Shown here: in pieces, positions 60,852 to 64,000 of the stretch | How positions within the stretch are numbered: the first letter of the stretch is position 1 | How the letters are laid out: each line of letters begins with the position of its first letter | NCBI GenBank assembly: GCA_963803705.1 | Contig: CAWDNU010000002.1 | Span: 1-64,000 of the forward strand | DNA: 64,000 nt | Origin: an uncultured Pseudobdellovibrionaceae bacterium | Lineage (GTDB): Bacteria; Bdellovibrionota; Bdellovibrionia; Bdellovibrionales; UBA1609 | Direction of reading: 5' to 3' | Notes under the pieces: generated by a model | Told to the model about the DNA's origin: nothing | What the model saw: the letters and a program-made list of their open reading frames with translations, nothing else | Databases searched by the model: none | Position numbers and translations under genes: made by a program

Positions 60852-61600
60852 CTCTTTTTATTTTTGTTTAATAAATAAAATCCAAATCCGCCAGCTGCCA
60901 ATAAAAGTAGACCTATAAGGATTTTTGTAGTTTTCCCACCCGACCTAGTATTGTCATCTTCGTACATTCCCTCATCACCCAATGAGTCACCTAGAGCGCC
61001 TCCAACAGGCAACGCATACAAATCTTGCTCTCTTCGTTTCAAGCCATTAGATGAGCCCGCTAGAATTTCATCAGCTGCAATTATTTTTAAGGATTGAATC
61101 GCTCTAATAAAATCATTTGCGTACTTTGAATAGTGCTCTTTGTGGGCCGTAAAAGTTACAAGCATCGCAATTTGACCTTTGGTAGTCGCTAGGTACCTGG
61201 TGTAGTAGTTTTCCACTTCGCTTCCAAGGTGTAGACCGTCCACCCAGGTTTGTAGGGCAATTTTTCTTTGCTTTACTTGCTTCAACTCTGAAGTGTACTT
61301 CTTACCTTTTGAGTTGACTAACTTTCTTGGTGACTTTAAGTGTGCTTCGTAAGCCTGCAAAGAGTCACTTGGCCCCTTTTCTTTGGCCGTTAAAATGATT
61401 ACAGCTTCTTTCTTTTCATTTAATTTTTTTGCAAATTTGTTTACACAAACCCACTCAGTGCCTTCAAGTTCGCAACCCCAATTACCAGGTAGCTCGAAAC
61501 TTACATAGGAATTTTGAAAGATTTTTGCAAATACGTTAAGACTCATAAATTGCACTGTAAAAATCAAAGCTAACTTAAAAAAAATGTAGGGTACTTTCAT
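60848..61600 (-). CDS. Exported hypothetical protein with C-terminal TM anchor
   Basis: Signal peptide, FELP.NW.C, C-terminal hydrophobic helix plus basic tail. Confidence 0.65.
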   Translation of the reverse strand: MKVPYIFFKLALIFTVQFMSLNVFAKIFQNSYVSFELPGNWGCELEGTEWVCVNKFAKKLNEKKEAVIILTAKEKGPSDSLQAYEAHLKSPRKLVNSKGKKYTSELKQVKQRKIALQTWVDGLHLGSEVENYYTRYLATTKGQIAMLVTFTAHKEHYSKYANDFIRAIQSLKIIAADEILAGSSNGLKRREQDLYALPVGGALGDSLGDEGMYEDDNTRSGGKTTKILIGLLLLAAGGFGFYLLNKNKKS

Positions 61601-61718
61601 AAAAACCTCTTTGTGATAATCTTATTATGGCACAACAATTAGGATTTAATGAATAGCATCCGGCACAAGCCAGACCTTGTACTAAATTAAATAAGAATTT
61701 TTCCAAGTGAATTAAGAA

Positions 61719-63485
61719 TTAATTCAAAAACTCTACAGTAGTTTTTGCCAGCTCCACAGCATCTGATGCTGTTAAAACACGACCAGACTTCACCTTACCT
61801 AGAATCTGATTTGACGGGATGCCAGCGCTTTCCAAGATTCTAGCTGTTTGTCCGGCGGTCAAATTTGGATTGATACTACGAACTAAAGCGGCTACTCCAC
61901 AGGCGACTGGCGTTGCCATAGATGTTCCCTGGGATTCAAAAAAAATTAAGTTCTGTGCATTTTCTATGTACGTTGAGTAAAGCTGACCGTCATAAGGTTT
62001 TTTTGCTAAGATATTGAAGTCTTCTCCGCCGTAGGTCGCAAGATTCACTTTATCTACTCCATAATTCGAATAATAGGTTAGTTCGTCGCTGTTGTTAACT
62101 GAGGCGACAGTCAAAATATTTTCTAAATCTACGCTGGCTAGGCCGAATGACCTGTTGTCGATATCGATACCCATCGGAAGACCAAAACCAAAGGGTTCGC
62201 CATTTCCAGCTGAAGTCACTATCAGCGTATCTTGGTTCAGCGCCATTTTGTAAAGTTCGATCTCTTCTCTGAAAATTTGGCGTTCAGATCCTAAAGACAT
62301 ATTAATTATGTCAGCTCCCATTTTTAAAGCGTAAATAACACCTTTCAATGAAGTTCCAAGATCCATCAACCCGTGATTGTTACCTACCTTAATAGGAAGG
62401 ATCTTTGCATTCGGTGCAACACCAAAAACTTTGGCAGCAGCTAGTCCTGCTAAATGAGATCCATGTCCCAAATCATCGTAAGGATATTTATCGTCAAAAA
62501 CAAAATCCCAGCCGTAAATATCATCGATATGCCCATTGTTGTCGTCATCGATGTTATTATCAGGAATTTCATTTTTGTTGATAAAAATGTTTGGAGCAAG
62601 GAATGGATTATTATAATTTACACCCGAATCGACAATGGCTATTAGAATTCCGTCTCCTTTAGCGCTTTCGTGTGCTTTGCTTAAACCAAGTTTTTTAATG
62701 TAAGGCTGATTAAAAATCTGGGTGTCTAGATGGCCTGTACTTGCACCTAAATATGGGGTGTTGCCTGTTACAGATAGGCTGACAGTCTCGTATTGACAGT
62801 TTTTTTTCTGATCTTGAACTATCAGGTAAATTTCGTAGACGCCCATTGTGTCTAGATTTACATCTAGCTCATCTGCGAAATGTCTTTTTACCACATTAGA
62901 TCCCAAAGGACTGTTGACCACCCATACCAACTTTAAAGAACCACCAATAAAGGCGTGTGGCTGACTTTGCCGAGCACTAAGCCTGATGTTTTCACCTGCT
63001 TCTAGCGGTATTTGGCCTCTTAAATTAAGCGATATGGGATCCATCTTAGCAATGGGTTTTAAGCTTTTGTCTTCGCAAGTGGACAGGTCAAAATCAGAGG
63101 GTTGATCGTTGGTTTGAAAATTCTTTAGGTTAATTTGGTTTTTAGAACGCGCTTTGCTTCTCAGGTTATTTATTTCTATGAATTCATTTTCATAAATTCT
63201 AGATTCAGGAAAATTTTTTCGTAGTGTTTTAAAGTCGGAGTTTAAAACCTCAAAGATTATAAGTTCGTCGTTTGAAATTTCTCTAATTTTCGTATCTGTG
63301 TATTTTTCAAAAAAAATGTCTTTCTGCTGATCAGTTGCACCCGCGACCAGAAATCCCAATTCGCTCAAATTTTGGGGGGCACGAGTTAAAATTCGCTCGG
63401 AATTATCAGAACATGCGATTGTCCCCATTAGCAAAAGTGTTATGCAAGCATTCACCATCAGTGGTTTAAAAGTGTTAGACTTCAT
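61719..63485 (-). CDS. S8 subtilisin-like serine protease, probable lipoprotein
   Basis: AIVDSG, GHGSHLAG, AGN, GTSMATP; lipobox TIAC. Confidence 0.95.
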   Translation of the reverse strand: MKSNTFKPLMVNACITLLLMGTIACSDNSERILTRAPQNLSELGFLVAGATDQQKDIFFEKYTDTKIREISNDELIIFEVLNSDFKTLRKNFPESRIYENEFIEINNLRSKARSKNQINLKNFQTNDQPSDFDLSTCEDKSLKPIAKMDPISLNLRGQIPLEAGENIRLSARQSQPHAFIGGSLKLVWVVNSPLGSNVVKRHFADELDVNLDTMGVYEIYLIVQDQKKNCQYETVSLSVTGNTPYLGASTGHLDTQIFNQPYIKKLGLSKAHESAKGDGILIAIVDSGVNYNNPFLAPNIFINKNEIPDNNIDDDNNGHIDDIYGWDFVFDDKYPYDDLGHGSHLAGLAAAKVFGVAPNAKILPIKVGNNHGLMDLGTSLKGVIYALKMGADIINMSLGSERQIFREEIELYKMALNQDTLIVTSAGNGEPFGFGLPMGIDIDNRSFGLASVDLENILTVASVNNSDELTYYSNYGVDKVNLATYGGEDFNILAKKPYDGQLYSTYIENAQNLIFFESQGTSMATPVACGVAALVRSINPNLTAGQTARILESAGIPSNQILGKVKSGRVLTASDAVELAKTTVEFLN

Positions 63486-63658
63486 GTCTTAACCCTCCCT
63501 ATTATTCATCTATTATTTTCACGCCTTGTACGGAAAGTTGTCATCTAAAGAAAAATTTACAGAGCTGATAAGTTATGCTTATACTTTAGTCCAGTTGTAA
63601 GATAAATTTTGATAAGCCTAAAATATGGGCGTTTAATCGGAAAAAAAGGAACAAAGTC

Positions 63659-64000
63659 ATGAATTTCCAGCAACTAGCAACCTATTGCACTGTGGTAAGC
63701 GAAGGCAGCATGACCGCGGCTGCGGAAAAACTTTTTTTGACTCAACCTGCAGTAAGTCAACAGATCCGAAACTTAGAAGATGAGGTTGGCTCTGAACTTC
63801 TTGTCAGGGGTGTTCGCAATGTCAAACCCACTCTTCAGGGTCAGCTTCTATACGACTATGCAAAAAAAATTCTGCAGCTTACAGAACAGGCCGAGGTGGC
63901 TTTGCAAGCTATGTCAAACGAGTTAGATGGCGAAGTCAAAATTGGAACTTTGAATTCATTGGGTCTTTATCTGATCAGCCCGGTCATTGGTTTGTTCTTA
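63659..64000 (+). CDS. LysR-family transcriptional regulator, partial (runs off the window end)
   Basis: Manual translation MNFQQLATYCTVVSEGSMTAAAEKLFLTQPAVSQQIRNLEDEVG. Confidence 0.95.
   Translation, partial: MNFQQLATYCTVVSEGSMTAAAEKLFLTQPAVSQQIRNLEDEVGSELLVRGVRNVKPTLQGQLLYDYAKKILQLTEQAEVALQAMSNELDGEVKIGTLNSLGLYLISPVIGLFL

Overview
AT-rich bacterial chromosome segment. Gene content and protein style suggest a Bdellovibrionota/Oligoflexia-like organism (inference only). Bases 1-5.7 kb hold a TetR-regulated RND/TolC efflux operon. About 6.0-25.4 kb is a decayed defence island bounded by a 13-bp direct repeat (CCACCTCCAATTT, resembling a tmRNA 3' end). The island carries a coupled mcrB-mcrC-DUF2779 nuclease operon, a divergent XRE/sigma-like regulatory module, an odd wHTH-signal-GxDPG-repeat gene broken by one stop, a type I R-M system with an Abi gene between hsdS and hsdR, and Hachiman hamA. 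A degenerate IS3 joins a truncated hamB to an integrase C-terminal remnant. The rest (25.6-64 kb) is mostly housekeeping and envelope genes (lemA/TPM, cytochrome c peroxidase, Hsp70-like, arfB, corA, pldA, exbBD-like, rpmG, pdxJ, PhoBR-like, DHH, mgtE, greA, sohB, M16 pair, S8 protease, partial LysR). Highlights missed by the ORF track: a 30-aa, 11-Cys metallothionein-like ORF behind a Cys-rich ArsR/SmtB gene, and a 40-bp tandem hairpin array ending at the RBS of the PhoB-like regulator. No rRNA, tRNA or CRISPR array was found.
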